Shown: positions 1 to 8,419 of the stretch, one piece after another
Layout: each line of letters begins with the position of its first letter
Position numbering within the stretch: the first letter of the stretch is position 1
Assembly (NCBI GenBank): GCA_049304095.1
Contig: JBAQNU010000029.1
Coordinates: 98,222 to 162,221 of the forward strand
Source of the DNA: Candidatus Moraniibacteriota bacterium
Lineage (GTDB): Bacteria; Patescibacteriota; Minisyncoccia; Moranbacterales; UBA2206
Direction: 5' to 3'
DNA length: 64,000 nt
Made by a program: the position numbers and the translations under genes
The notes under the pieces: generated by a model
What the model was told of the DNA's origin: nothing
Seen by the model: only the letters and a program-made list of their open reading frames with translations
The model's database searches: none

Positions 1-404
1 TGCTGAGCGTTGAAGAGATGGAAGAGGAGAGGCGTTTGATGTATGTTGGCATCACGCGAGCAAAAGAAAAAGTCTATTTGCTGTTCACTAAGATGCGAAC
101 AATCTATGGCTCAACGCAAATCAACGCGCCATCAAGATTTTTGGATGATATTCCGGTGGAGCTTTTGGAAAATGTCCAGGAGTCCATGTTTAATGCTTGC
201 GCGAATCATTACGCAACTGCCCATAAAAAAACTATTCTCACTGAAATGAAAGCCTGCTACAAAGGTGGAGAACGCATTTCTCACGAAAAATTTGGTGAAG
301 GACTGGTGATTTCTTCTCAGGGCGACATTATCACCGTAGCTTTTAAGGCGGTGGGACTGAAAAAGCTGGATAGCTCTTTGGCGCCAATTAGAAAGATTGA
401 ATAA
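1..404 (+). CDS. UvrD/PcrA-type DNA helicase, C-terminal fragment (gene begins upstream of window)
   Basis: ORF is open to the window edge. It contains the helicase motif VI-like LMYVGITRAKEKVYLLF. Confidence 0.6.
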   Translation, partial: LSVEEMEEERRLMYVGITRAKEKVYLLFTKMRTIYGSTQINAPSRFLDDIPVELLENVQESMFNACANHYATAHKKTILTEMKACYKGGERISHEKFGEGLVISSQGDIITVAFKAVGLKKLDSSLAPIRKIE

Positions 405-430
405 AAGATATAAACTAAAAAATCAAAAAA

Positions 431-462
431 ACATCCTGTTGCAATCACTCGGGATGTTTTTT
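431..462. terminator. bidirectional terminator between convergent genes
   Basis: CATCC...GGATG hairpin with an A-run upstream and a T-run downstream. Confidence 0.5.
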
Positions 463-480
463 GATAGACAATAGAGAGGG

Positions 481-1692
481 TTATTTAATAAATCCCTTGA
501 TTACTCGATTACTTTTGGCAATTGTGCGAGTGGATTTTTTAGCCCAACCAGCATAGTTCATTTCAGAAACAGTGAAGCTATCGGAGCTTACGCTAGTGAC
601 AAGCGCCACATGTCCCCACCAAGATTCGGAAGAAACCATAATTGAACCAACGGTGGGAGTTTTGCTGGTGGCGTAACCTGCCGCCTTAGCATGATAGAGC
701 CATGTTCCAGCGTTGCCACCCCAAGGCACAGTTCTTTTTTGAGCAACGTACCAGGTGCAATATCCATAGGGAAACTTGTGACTGCCAGCGCCATTACCGG
801 TAAGCGTTTTGCCGGGTGTTTCAAAGGATTCATAGGGACGAGGGGCGATGCCAAGAGTGCTAGGCACTGGTTTTGGCTTGGGCAACTCTTTTTGCCCATC
901 AGGAATGATAATTTCTTGGCCTTCCTTCACCTCGCCATCAGCGTGCAAAGAGTTAAATGCGATGATTTCTGCTTCATTAGCTTTGAATTGCTTGGCAATG
1001 CTATCAATGTCATCACCCTTTTTGACTGTATAGGAAAGCCCAGAAAGGGGCAAAATAAAGATTTTATCTCCTGGCATAATAGAATCGACATTGTCGAGTT
1101 CATTGGCCCATAAAATAGTATTTATGCTGATGCGGTTGGCTGTAGCAATTGAACCGATTGTGTCTCCCGGTTTTACCTCATAGATAATCACGCCACCGTC
1201 TTCCTCGGGGTCTTTGAGTACGGGACTATTTCCGGATACTAAAGAATTTCCTTCCATAAGAAGTGGATCAGAAGAAGAGTCATTATTATTCATCAAATTG
1301 GGGTTTGGCACGGTACAGGCTTCATTTAAGGGTGCAAGCGCCAGGGAGGTTTTGCGTTCAGCATTCAAAAAGAGTCTATCTTCCAATGGATTGGAATAGT
1401 TATCTTCGCTCCCGAAATAGCCAAAAAGGAATCCACTCGTTTCTCGTCCGGAAGCCAAGTTGGTGGCAGACACCAAAAGGGCACAAGAAACAACAACGAC
1501 AAAAGAAGCATAATTGCGAAAAATATGCAGAATTTTTATTGTGCGGTGCTCTTTGATTGAGCGCACAATATCGATTTGCGCTCGATGAATGGCAGTAATT
1601 ATATTTTTCAGAGTTTCTCGACAAAAAAAGTTTCTCGGTATTGTCCTCGTAAGCTTACTGATATAATTAACCTTTCCATGCGGTTTTAGCAA
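481..1692 (-). CDS. membrane-anchored peptidoglycan hydrolase: N-terminal TM, two LysM repeats, C-terminal CHAP amidase domain
   Basis: Two LysM-like repeats (YEVKPGDTIGSIA..., YTVKKGDDIDSIA...). A CHAP-like Cys/His region (YGYCTWYVAQKR ... WGHVALV). A hydrophobic segment near the N-terminus. Confidence 0.65.
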   Translation of the reverse strand: MLKPHGKVNYISKLTRTIPRNFFCRETLKNIITAIHRAQIDIVRSIKEHRTIKILHIFRNYASFVVVVSCALLVSATNLASGRETSGFLFGYFGSEDNYSNPLEDRLFLNAERKTSLALAPLNEACTVPNPNLMNNNDSSSDPLLMEGNSLVSGNSPVLKDPEEDGGVIIYEVKPGDTIGSIATANRISINTILWANELDNVDSIMPGDKIFILPLSGLSYTVKKGDDIDSIAKQFKANEAEIIAFNSLHADGEVKEGQEIIIPDGQKELPKPKPVPSTLGIAPRPYESFETPGKTLTGNGAGSHKFPYGYCTWYVAQKRTVPWGGNAGTWLYHAKAAGYATSKTPTVGSIMVSSESWWGHVALVTSVSSDSFTVSEMNYAGWAKKSTRTIAKSNRVIKGFIK

Positions 1693-1819
1693 GAATTTAG
1701 CGCTCCTTTTGGGGAATATTGAGCCAAACCTTAAGACTAAAACCTTAATTTTTATCTAAAGGAAAGTATAGCGCGAAGAGCCATTTTTGTCAATCGGGAT
1801 TTTGCTGTAGAATAGGGTT

Positions 1820-2761
1820 ATGGATATCAAGGCATTGAAGACCGAATTTCTGGAATATATGGAAATTGAACGGTCGCGATCACAAAAAACGATTGAAAAC
1901 TATGATCACTATCTTAGTCGCTTTTTGGAATGGGCCAAAATTTCCCATCCCACTCAGATTACGGCGGAATTGGTCCGAAATTTTCGAGTCTATCTCAACC
2001 GCTACGAAGACGCCAATGGTCAAAAACTAAAAAAAGTCACCCAAGGGTTCTATGTAATCGCCCTGCGTAGCTTTTTGAAGTTTTTGGCGAAAAGGGACAT
2101 TTCCACTTTGCAAGCGGAAAAAATCGAAATTGGCAAAACCAGCGCGCGTGAAGTGGAGTTTTTGGAGATGAACGAAGTAGAGCGAATTTTGGCCGAGGCA
2201 GATGGAGCAGACCTCAGAAGTCTTCGTGATCGGGCCATTTTGGAACTTTTATTTTCCGCCGGTCTTCGGGTTTCAGAGTTGACCAATATTAATAGAGAAA
2301 GAATCGATCTTAAAGGACGAGAGCTCAGCGTGCGAGGCAAAGGCGACAAAGTGCGTGTGGTTTTCATTTCTGACTCGGCAGCGCAAGCGATTGCGAAATA
2401 TCTAGACAAGAGGACAGATGTCGATCCAGCGCTTTTTGTGCGTGATATTGCTGGTCTCAAGAAATTTGAAGGCAAAAACGCTAAAAATAAAGATATTTCT
2501 ACTGATTTGCGTCTAACGCCACGGTCAATCCAAAGAATTGTGAAATATTATGCAACTAAGGCAGGAATCGTCAAAGACGTCCATCCGCACACCCTGCGCC
2601 ATTCGTTCGCCACAGATTTATTAATCAATGGCGCTGATATCCGCTCAGTTCAAGCCATGCTTGGACATTCTTCCATCACCACGACGCAAGTTTATACCCA
2701 TGTTACTAACAAGCAACTGAAAGAAGTCCACGAGGCGTTTCATTCGCGGAGGAAGAAATAA
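1820..2761 (+). CDS. tyrosine site-specific recombinase, XerC/XerD family
   Basis: C-terminal catalytic motifs HTLRHSFATDLL ... GHSSITTTQVYTHV. Length 313 aa. Confidence 0.8.
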   Translation: MDIKALKTEFLEYMEIERSRSQKTIENYDHYLSRFLEWAKISHPTQITAELVRNFRVYLNRYEDANGQKLKKVTQGFYVIALRSFLKFLAKRDISTLQAEKIEIGKTSAREVEFLEMNEVERILAEADGADLRSLRDRAILELLFSAGLRVSELTNINRERIDLKGRELSVRGKGDKVRVVFISDSAAQAIAKYLDKRTDVDPALFVRDIAGLKKFEGKNAKNKDISTDLRLTPRSIQRIVKYYATKAGIVKDVHPHTLRHSFATDLLINGADIRSVQAMLGHSSITTTQVYTHVTNKQLKEVHEAFHSRRKK

Positions 2762-2764
2762 GTT

Positions 2765-3541
2765 CTAATTCAAATGCGTAGGTTCTTGATCTGCCGTAAT
2801 TGCCTTCCACATAAATTCAAAAAGTTCCTTATGCAAGCGGATGATATTTTTGTTTTCGATTACCATTGCTATAACCGGCAAGGTGGTTTGGTGGATGAGG
2901 ATTTTGCTTGGTGTAATGGTAATGGAAGCCGAGAGCTGCATATCTTGTGGAAAAATTTTTATCTGCAAATTATATATCGCTTCGTTTTGTTTATATTTTC
3001 TGGCAATTTCCGAATCTTGGAGTAAAAGACGGTTATTGAGCTTTTTTTGTGCGCGTTTTTCCACAAAATTTTCAAAAAATCTTTGGTCTTCTGACATCCA
3101 CTTGGCGGAATCGCTGATAACCCAATAATCCTCTCCGAATTTCACTTCATCTAGGAGATCTAGATGGATATTTTTCACCGCTTCCACGCCTTCGTAGTAT
3201 TTAATTAGACTGCTTCCACCTTCTGCGCTATAGAGCGCCTTGAAATCAACTAATGATTCTTGAAGCTCTTTTTTCTTATTATCCATTATTCTTTCCAATT
3301 TTTCCGGATTTTCCGCAGAAAAAAGGGTTTTCCAGCCGATCTGCTCAACTTTCATGAGGCCTAATTGCTTTAATGATTCAACCGCCGAATAAACGGTGGT
3401 TCTTTTGACTTCTGAGGCCTTGGAAATGGCTAGAATAGTGGTTTTTCCCAAAGAAAGCGCGCTCAAATAAACTAGCGCTTCATTATCGCTAAGCCCTAAA
3501 TTAAGCAGTACTTTGTATAGTTTATTGTCCATATTTGGCAT
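2765..3541 (-). CDS. TrmB-like HTH transcriptional regulator (paralog 1 of 5)
   Basis: N-terminal wHTH pattern LGLSDNEALVYLSALSLG...ISKASEVKRTTVY shared with four other ORFs in the window. Divergent from the small-ORF module. Confidence 0.6.
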   Translation of the reverse strand: MPNMDNKLYKVLLNLGLSDNEALVYLSALSLGKTTILAISKASEVKRTTVYSAVESLKQLGLMKVEQIGWKTLFSAENPEKLERIMDNKKKELQESLVDFKALYSAEGGSSLIKYYEGVEAVKNIHLDLLDEVKFGEDYWVISDSAKWMSEDQRFFENFVEKRAQKKLNNRLLLQDSEIARKYKQNEAIYNLQIKIFPQDMQLSASITITPSKILIHQTTLPVIAMVIENKNIIRLHKELFEFMWKAITADQEPTHLN

Positions 3542-3543
3542 TA

Positions 3544-3560
3544 TGTCCGATAATCGGACA
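3544..3560. promoter_or_regulatory. perfect 8-bp inverted repeat TGTCCGAT-A-ATCGGACA immediately upstream of the TrmB-like start; candidate operator
   Basis: Palindrome read directly. Sits in the divergent promoter region. Confidence 0.4.
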
Positions 3561-3665
3561 ACTATTATTATCCTATATTAAAGTAAAAAATTAGTCAATA
3601 TATTTCTTTGTCGACATAAGTGACACAAGGGCGGTTTTGGTATATACTACGCTGTTAAGATAAAA

Positions 3666-3722
3666 CACCAAAAAAAAGACCAACCCAATCTTAACAAAAT
3701 CTAACCATTAACAAAAAAACCT
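3666..3722 (+). promoter_or_regulatory. conserved 5-prime leader (GTTAAGAT...ATCTTAAC stem, CTAACCATTAAC box), copy 1
   Basis: Same leader upstream of 5766 and 23398(-). Preceded by a TATACT -10 box. Confidence 0.5.
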
Positions 3723-3932
3723 ATGCAAATGCTATTAAACAACGGAGTGGTGATAAATGGTGCCCCAGTGATGTCAGAAAGAGCTAGAAAGTACCTTAGT
3801 CAGTTTTGGAGCTTTCCCTCAAAAGAAGAAATTGAGAAAGAAAAAGAAAAATACTACGTTTTTGACTATAAAGGAGAATGGACAAACAAAAGAGAAGAAA
3901 ACGTTAATGATGAACTAGAGATTCTCATATAG
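3723..3932 (+). CDS. conserved small protein (69 aa), family with 5766..5969 and 23195..23398
   Basis: Three paralogs (MxMLLNNG..ENAP..SE..RKYLxQFW..PSKEE). Third-position synonymous differences between copies indicate a coding constraint. No obvious SD. Confidence 0.55.
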   Translation: MQMLLNNGVVINGAPVMSERARKYLSQFWSFPSKEEIEKEKEKYYVFDYKGEWTNKREENVNDELEILI

Positions 3933-3940
3933 ATTCTAGT

Positions 3941-3996
3941 GGAAGACAAAAAAAAGAATTTCTGTCTTCCCTAGAGTTTATCTAAATCATTAGATA
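3941..3996 (+). promoter_or_regulatory. two conserved hairpins (GGAAGACA...TGTCTTCC and TATCTAA..TTAGATA) between small ORF and cargo; attenuator/terminator-like
   Basis: The same paired hairpins occur after the other two small-ORF copies. Compensatory changes preserve the stem. Confidence 0.45.
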
Positions 3997-4104
3997 GCTC
4001 AATAGTTATTTAAAAATTTAATATTCAGCTAAGACCTAGATTCGCATAGTGCGGATTCATTAGATGCTAAATTGGCTGAGAAAAATTAAAAAAGGAGAAG
4101 AAAA

Positions 4105-4503
4105 ATGAAAAAAGAAATCATCGATTTTATCAGAGCTATTGCAAATGTGCGTAGAAATCATGGAAATTGCACGTGTTTTGAGGCTGCAGCCGTGTTTCCC
4201 TATTTTATGGCCATATCGCAGGAGGATATTGATTTTTACAACCAGAAACTGATGGAGATCCTTCGCGCCGAAGGACTATTCAAAGAGTATCCTCATCTTG
4301 AAAAAGAAATGGAAGAGGATTTTGAATATTTAGGTGTAAATACAACCGAACATCCAATAATGGGCAGGGTAAGAAGTTGCTTTCTTCGGAATAAAAATGA
4401 GGTGGACGAAAAGGCAAAAAATGATTTTCATCTTTTTACTAATCCTTATTGTGCTGAGATGGACACGTTGATATTGAGGCTTATCCAAGTTTTTTCCAGC
4501 TAA
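4105..4503 (+). CDS. hypothetical protein (variable cargo of module 1)
   Basis: ORF with an AAGGAG SD. No recognisable domain. Confidence 0.45.
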   Translation: MKKEIIDFIRAIANVRRNHGNCTCFEAAAVFPYFMAISQEDIDFYNQKLMEILRAEGLFKEYPHLEKEMEEDFEYLGVNTTEHPIMGRVRSCFLRNKNEVDEKAKNDFHLFTNPYCAEMDTLILRLIQVFSS

Positions 4504-4669
4504 AACCACCAAAGCCGAATTTGTTAACACACAAATTCGGCTCCATTTTTGAAATCATTTCATTGACCACAAAAAACAAAGCGGAAAGCTTATCACAGCT
4601 CTCCGCTTTTTTTCTTTTTAATCTAAATCGTGGGACCAGCCCCGCCTCGGCGGGACGACCAAGAGATTA

Positions 4670-4746
4670 TGGTGGGACCAGCTGGATTCGAACCAGCGAC
4701 CAAGAAATTATGAGTTTCCTGCTCTAAACCGCTGAGCTATGGTCCC
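4670..4746 (-). tRNA. tRNA-Met/Ile2 (anticodon CAT), CCA encoded
   Basis: Cloverleaf read from sequence: GGGACCATAGCTCAGCGG...CTCATAA...GGTTCGAATCC...CCA. Confidence 0.8.
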
Positions 4747-4768
4747 GAATTAGCGAACTAGATTTAGT

Positions 4769-5557
4769 CTATCCTTTGTTCGTGATTATGTCTAGACTTG
4801 GTGTGGGATATTGTTTTAATTTGATTTCTGGCAGATTGTCCCAGGCCAATTCAAAGATCCATCTTAGAGTGTTATTGATTTCTGCGCTTTCTATGATTAC
4901 CGCCATCTGTTCTTTACTGGAGATGAGAGCGACTTTTTGATGACCATAGATATCAACTTCGACCGAGAATGGATAGCGGTCTTTTTTAATTAGCTTGCAA
5001 GACCGCAGATGCTGTTGATCCCGGGTGATGATACTCTCAGACAGATATTTTGTTTCTGGCAGAATCGCCCGGACGCGGATATTTTTTTTGACTCGTTTTT
5101 TAATATACCACTCAATCCAATCTTCACCCAGAATATTCCTCACATCTTCTGATCCGAAAGCGAGAATTTCTCCGGAATAGCGTAGCGCGTCATCATAGGC
5201 CTCCATCAAGCCTTCTTTCCCTTCATAAAATTTAATCTTTGGCTTCATCCCGCGGACGTTATAGATGGATTTTAGTTGTGGTAGGATTTCTGAAAACAAA
5301 GCCTCTTTCTTTTCCAGATCCTTTTTGATTTTTTCTGGATCTTCGCCGATAAATAGTCTTTTGGCGCCATTTAGCGTTTCTGCCACCAACCCGGCATTTT
5401 TGAGATCCAAGAGAATGTCATAGGCGGTTGTTCTTTTGATATTGGCCTTTTTGGAAATATCAATGACACTGGCTCCGCCCAATTCCAAGGCTGCGAGATA
5501 TACATCGGCTTTTCGACCAGTGAGCCCAAATTGTTCAAGAGTTTGTTTAGTGTCCAT
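4769..5557 (-). CDS. TrmB-like HTH transcriptional regulator (paralog 2)
   Basis: N-terminal LGGASVIDISKKANIKRTTAY wHTH. Paralogous to 2765..3541. Confidence 0.6.
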   Translation of the reverse strand: MDTKQTLEQFGLTGRKADVYLAALELGGASVIDISKKANIKRTTAYDILLDLKNAGLVAETLNGAKRLFIGEDPEKIKKDLEKKEALFSEILPQLKSIYNVRGMKPKIKFYEGKEGLMEAYDDALRYSGEILAFGSEDVRNILGEDWIEWYIKKRVKKNIRVRAILPETKYLSESIITRDQQHLRSCKLIKKDRYPFSVEVDIYGHQKVALISSKEQMAVIIESAEINNTLRWIFELAWDNLPEIKLKQYPTPSLDIITNKG

Positions 5558-5676
5558 ATAGCCTCATTTTAGCATATGTCGATAGTTTCCGTCAACATTT
5601 GAGAATGGTAATATCAACAAAAAGGCTTTAATAAAGAATATTATTGAAAATAACCGATAATGCTTGACGTGTATAA

Positions 5677-5705
5677 TTGACAATTGCGCCATTTCGCAGT
5701 ATAAT
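5677..5705 (+). promoter_or_regulatory. sigma70-like promoter TTGACA-17-TATAAT for small-ORF module 2
   Basis: Hexamers read directly. Leader follows. Confidence 0.5.
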
Positions 5706-5707
5706 GG

Positions 5708-5765
5708 GCTGTTAAGATAAAAAGCCAAGGCTAATCTTAACAAGCTAACCATTAACCAAAAATCT
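5708..5765 (+). promoter_or_regulatory. conserved 5-prime leader, copy 2
   Basis: GTTAAGATAAAAAGCCAAGGCTAATCTTAACAAGCTAACCATTAACC. Confidence 0.5.
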
Positions 5766-5969
5766 ATGAAAATGCTTTTGAATAATGGAACCGTAATTGA
5801 AAATGCTCCAGCTGTATCAGAAAAAACCAGAAAGTATCTCAATCAGTTCTGGAAGCTTCCCTCTAAAGAAGAAGTAGAAAAGAAAAAAGAGCAATATTAT
5901 GTTTCTGAGTATAAGGGAAAATGGAAAAAAGAGAAGGAAGTCGTAGTTGAACAAGAAATCACAATATAG
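5766..5969 (+). CDS. conserved small protein (67 aa), near-identical to 23195..23398
   Basis: 3 nt differences over 204 nt versus copy 3. Confidence 0.55.
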   Translation: MKMLLNNGTVIENAPAVSEKTRKYLNQFWKLPSKEEVEKKKEQYYVSEYKGKWKKEKEVVVEQEITI

Positions 5970-5978
5970 GTTCTAGCT

Positions 5979-6030
5979 GGAGACAGAAATGTTTTCTGTC
6001 TTCTCTAGAGTTTATCTAAAGTTTTGGATA
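5979..6030 (+). promoter_or_regulatory. paired conserved hairpins after small ORF (copy 2)
   Basis: GAGACAGAAA...TTTCTGTCTTC then TATCTAAAG..TTGGATA. Confidence 0.45.
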
Positions 6031-6080
6031 GCTCGTGCAGTTCTTTTAAAATCACCTACCTCAAAAAAAGGAAATGAAAT

Positions 6081-6437
6081 ATGAAAAAGTTTACTCTTAT
6101 TATTGGTCCAGTGGGGATTTTCGATCGAAAGACAGAAAAACTTCGGAAAAAAGCGGAATCAGTAGTAAAAATTCATTATGATGGGTCAATAATTGAAGAC
6201 CATGGGTCTAGGCGCTGGATGGGCCATAACTGGATGACTTGGCAAAAAGAAGAGATTAAAAGTCTCATAATTGAACCGATTGTGGTGTTTGTGGGTTTTG
6301 CGAGTTGTTCTTGCTGTACGAAGTATGAAACATGGGACATGGTAGTTGAATTAAGTAAGGATTTGAAAAAAATGGGGAAAAGAGTTTCTTTTATTGATAA
6401 CAATAATAATAAATCTGTATTTAGAAAGAGGAGGTGA
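6081..6437 (+). CDS. hypothetical protein (variable cargo of module 2)
   Basis: ORF with an SD. Cys-rich CSCC motif. No recognised domain. Confidence 0.4.
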   Translation: MKKFTLIIGPVGIFDRKTEKLRKKAESVVKIHYDGSIIEDHGSRRWMGHNWMTWQKEEIKSLIIEPIVVFVGFASCSCCTKYETWDMVVELSKDLKKMGKRVSFIDNNNNKSVFRKRR

Positions 6438-6682
6438 TTGAAAAATAAAGGTTTTTGGGAAGTTTATCCTTGGCCACCACGGCCAAAAAACTTCCCACAT
6501 TTTCTCGAGTTCGTCTGAAGTTTCAGGCGGATTCAAGCGAAATGAAGTTCATTAAAAATCAAATATCAGCTAAGGCCCTCTCCAGAATTATTTCGGAGGC
6601 TGTCAGGCAGTAATGTCTGATGTATCAAAGAGTGGAGCTACACTGGCTGAAAAATAGTTTTTGTAGAAAAAGGAGTTTGAAA

Positions 6683-7129
6683 ATGAGTGGAAGAGACAAA
6701 ATTACAGAACAGTTGGCCTCTAATGGTGTAAGTATGGATGAGATTCGGAGTAACTTTGAAGGTCTTATTAGGTGTTATCGCAACAATGAGTTTAGGAGCG
6801 ATTACTCCTTCGTGGAAATAAAAGTGGTAGAGAAAAAAGAATTTGGGTGGGTAGTTTTAATTGAAGATTACTCAAACCAAACATCATGCACTGTTGTAAG
6901 GTCTGAGCTGTTTGTCGTAAGCGAGGGAAAAATAATATCAAAAAGCAAACGAGTTTTTGTGGGGGTATGGAATAAGTGTCCAAAAGAGTGGACACTGGAA
7001 TCGATTTCAGAAACCGATGACGCTTTCATCGTTATCGGGAAGCCTTTTGGAAAGGAGGTGTTGAAAAAATCGGATAAGTTTTTTCCGCGTTGCCCACTTT
7101 CAGGCAAGTGGGAAGAGTTCTTTGTTTAA
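6683..7129 (+). CDS. hypothetical protein
   Basis: ORF. Start chosen at the ATG after the AAAGGAG SD. Confidence 0.4.
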   Translation: MSGRDKITEQLASNGVSMDEIRSNFEGLIRCYRNNEFRSDYSFVEIKVVEKKEFGWVVLIEDYSNQTSCTVVRSELFVVSEGKIISKSKRVFVGVWNKCPKEWTLESISETDDAFIVIGKPFGKEVLKKSDKFFPRCPLSGKWEEFFV

Positions 7130-7254
7130 CTACAAACCGACTTCGAGCCAAGTCGTAAAACATGGCTTTTTTTATTTGTAATAAAACGAAAAAACACCCC
7201 ACATAATATTGAGTGCATAAATAATTATGACTGCAAGTGAAGTGAATTTTTTTG

Positions 7255-7328
7255 TGGTCACTAGTGGACTCGAACCACTGGCCTTCACAATGTCAATGTG
7301 ACGCTCTAACCAACTGAGCTAAGCGACC
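7255..7328 (-). tRNA. tRNA-Val (GAC), no encoded CCA
   Basis: GGTCGCTTAGCTCAGTTGGTTAGAGCGTCACATTGACATTGTGAAGG...GGTTCGAGTCC. Confidence 0.8.
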
Positions 7329-7375
7329 AAACTTTTCAAATAAACGCTTTGCCTACCGACAGACAGGTAATCAAC

Positions 7376-7410
7376 TGCTTGCCTGCCGGAGCTTTGGCAT
7401 AGGCAGGAGC
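7376..7410. repeat. GC-rich hairpin element (CCTGCC...GGCAGG family) inserted in a partial tRNA D-arm copy
   Basis: TAGCTC-[hairpin]-CAGTTG flanks. Same family at 14241, 15096, 15402, 31696 and 44299. Confidence 0.55.
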
Positions 7411-7419
7411 TATACGCCC

Positions 7420-8415
7420 CTATTCTTCCGTTTCAATTGTTTTTATCGTTTCTGTTACTGGCAAAATTGCTGCTTCTTCCTCTAGAACTTCCTCTTCGGC
7501 TAATTTTTCTTTCACTTTCGGCTTAGCGATAACATGAAAAAATAGAACCCAGGCAACTTCGGAAAAAGCTAGAAAGAAAGAATAAAACAAAATCAGGGTC
7601 AAGATGAAAAGCAAAATGGCGCTGATTGCGGTAATGGCTATGCCAATTTTGTGAAGAATTAAATAGAAAAGAAGTCCAATGAGGCCAAAAATAATCAGGA
7701 AAGCGAGGAGGAGAGCGATAATGGCAAAGAAAGAGAGGATGCCTAGAGGGATAAAGAGCAGAGACATTATGATGCTTGCAAGAATATTTTTTTTGAAAAG
7801 GGCGTAGGCATTTTCCGCCGCAAGCCATGGCCGCAGATCCGCGAGTGTGGCATAGAGACAGGCGTAGGTCTGGATATATTTATAGATTACAAGAAGCGGA
7901 ATAATAATCAAAACGGCCAAGATTGCCAGAGGAATGGCAATGAAATAGGTTTTGCTGAGAAAAAGGATGATAACCGGAACAATGAGAATTAGAAGACAAA
8001 AAGCGAGAGCTAGGCAGGAGAACAGGGTGATTTTGAAATTGGGCCAAAAGTATTTTCGACCATCTTTCCAGCCTGTGGCAAATGACGTTGGCTCTTTTTT
8101 GAGCAGTCTCTGGGTGGATTTAATAATTGCACCTTTGCCAATGAGGGAAAGAAAAATGGCGATGATGAAAACGACAAAAGCCACTATTCCCAAAATAGCG
8201 ATTAATTTGGCATGAGTAGCAATGAATTCTTGTGGTTGAAAAACTTGTCCGAACTTTTGCCAATCGATTGGGCTTTTTCCGTCACTTTTTTGAAAGTAAT
8301 CAGGATTGGAGATGCCGGTTAGGAGCATAAAAAAACCAAACCACCACAAAAAGCGGTTTTTCCAGGTGATTTTTAGGGCGTCACGGAAAATTTTTAGGTA
8401 ATCGATGTTTGACAT
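7420..8415 (-). CDS. polytopic membrane protein, hypothetical
   Basis: Multiple hydrophobic helices. Acidic C-terminus. Confidence 0.5.
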   Translation of the reverse strand: MSNIDYLKIFRDALKITWKNRFLWWFGFFMLLTGISNPDYFQKSDGKSPIDWQKFGQVFQPQEFIATHAKLIAILGIVAFVVFIIAIFLSLIGKGAIIKSTQRLLKKEPTSFATGWKDGRKYFWPNFKITLFSCLALAFCLLILIVPVIILFLSKTYFIAIPLAILAVLIIIPLLVIYKYIQTYACLYATLADLRPWLAAENAYALFKKNILASIIMSLLFIPLGILSFFAIIALLLAFLIIFGLIGLLFYLILHKIGIAITAISAILLFILTLILFYSFFLAFSEVAWVLFFHVIAKPKVKEKLAEEEVLEEEAAILPVTETIKTIETEE

Positions 8416-8419
8416 AATT

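Noticed and set aside
1820-2761. Phage integrase marking a prophage
   Set aside because: The sequence is XerC/XerD-like throughout and no phage structural, terminase or portal genes occur in the window. Kept as a chromosomal Xer recombinase, with the nearby tRNA-Met 3-prime repeat noted separately.
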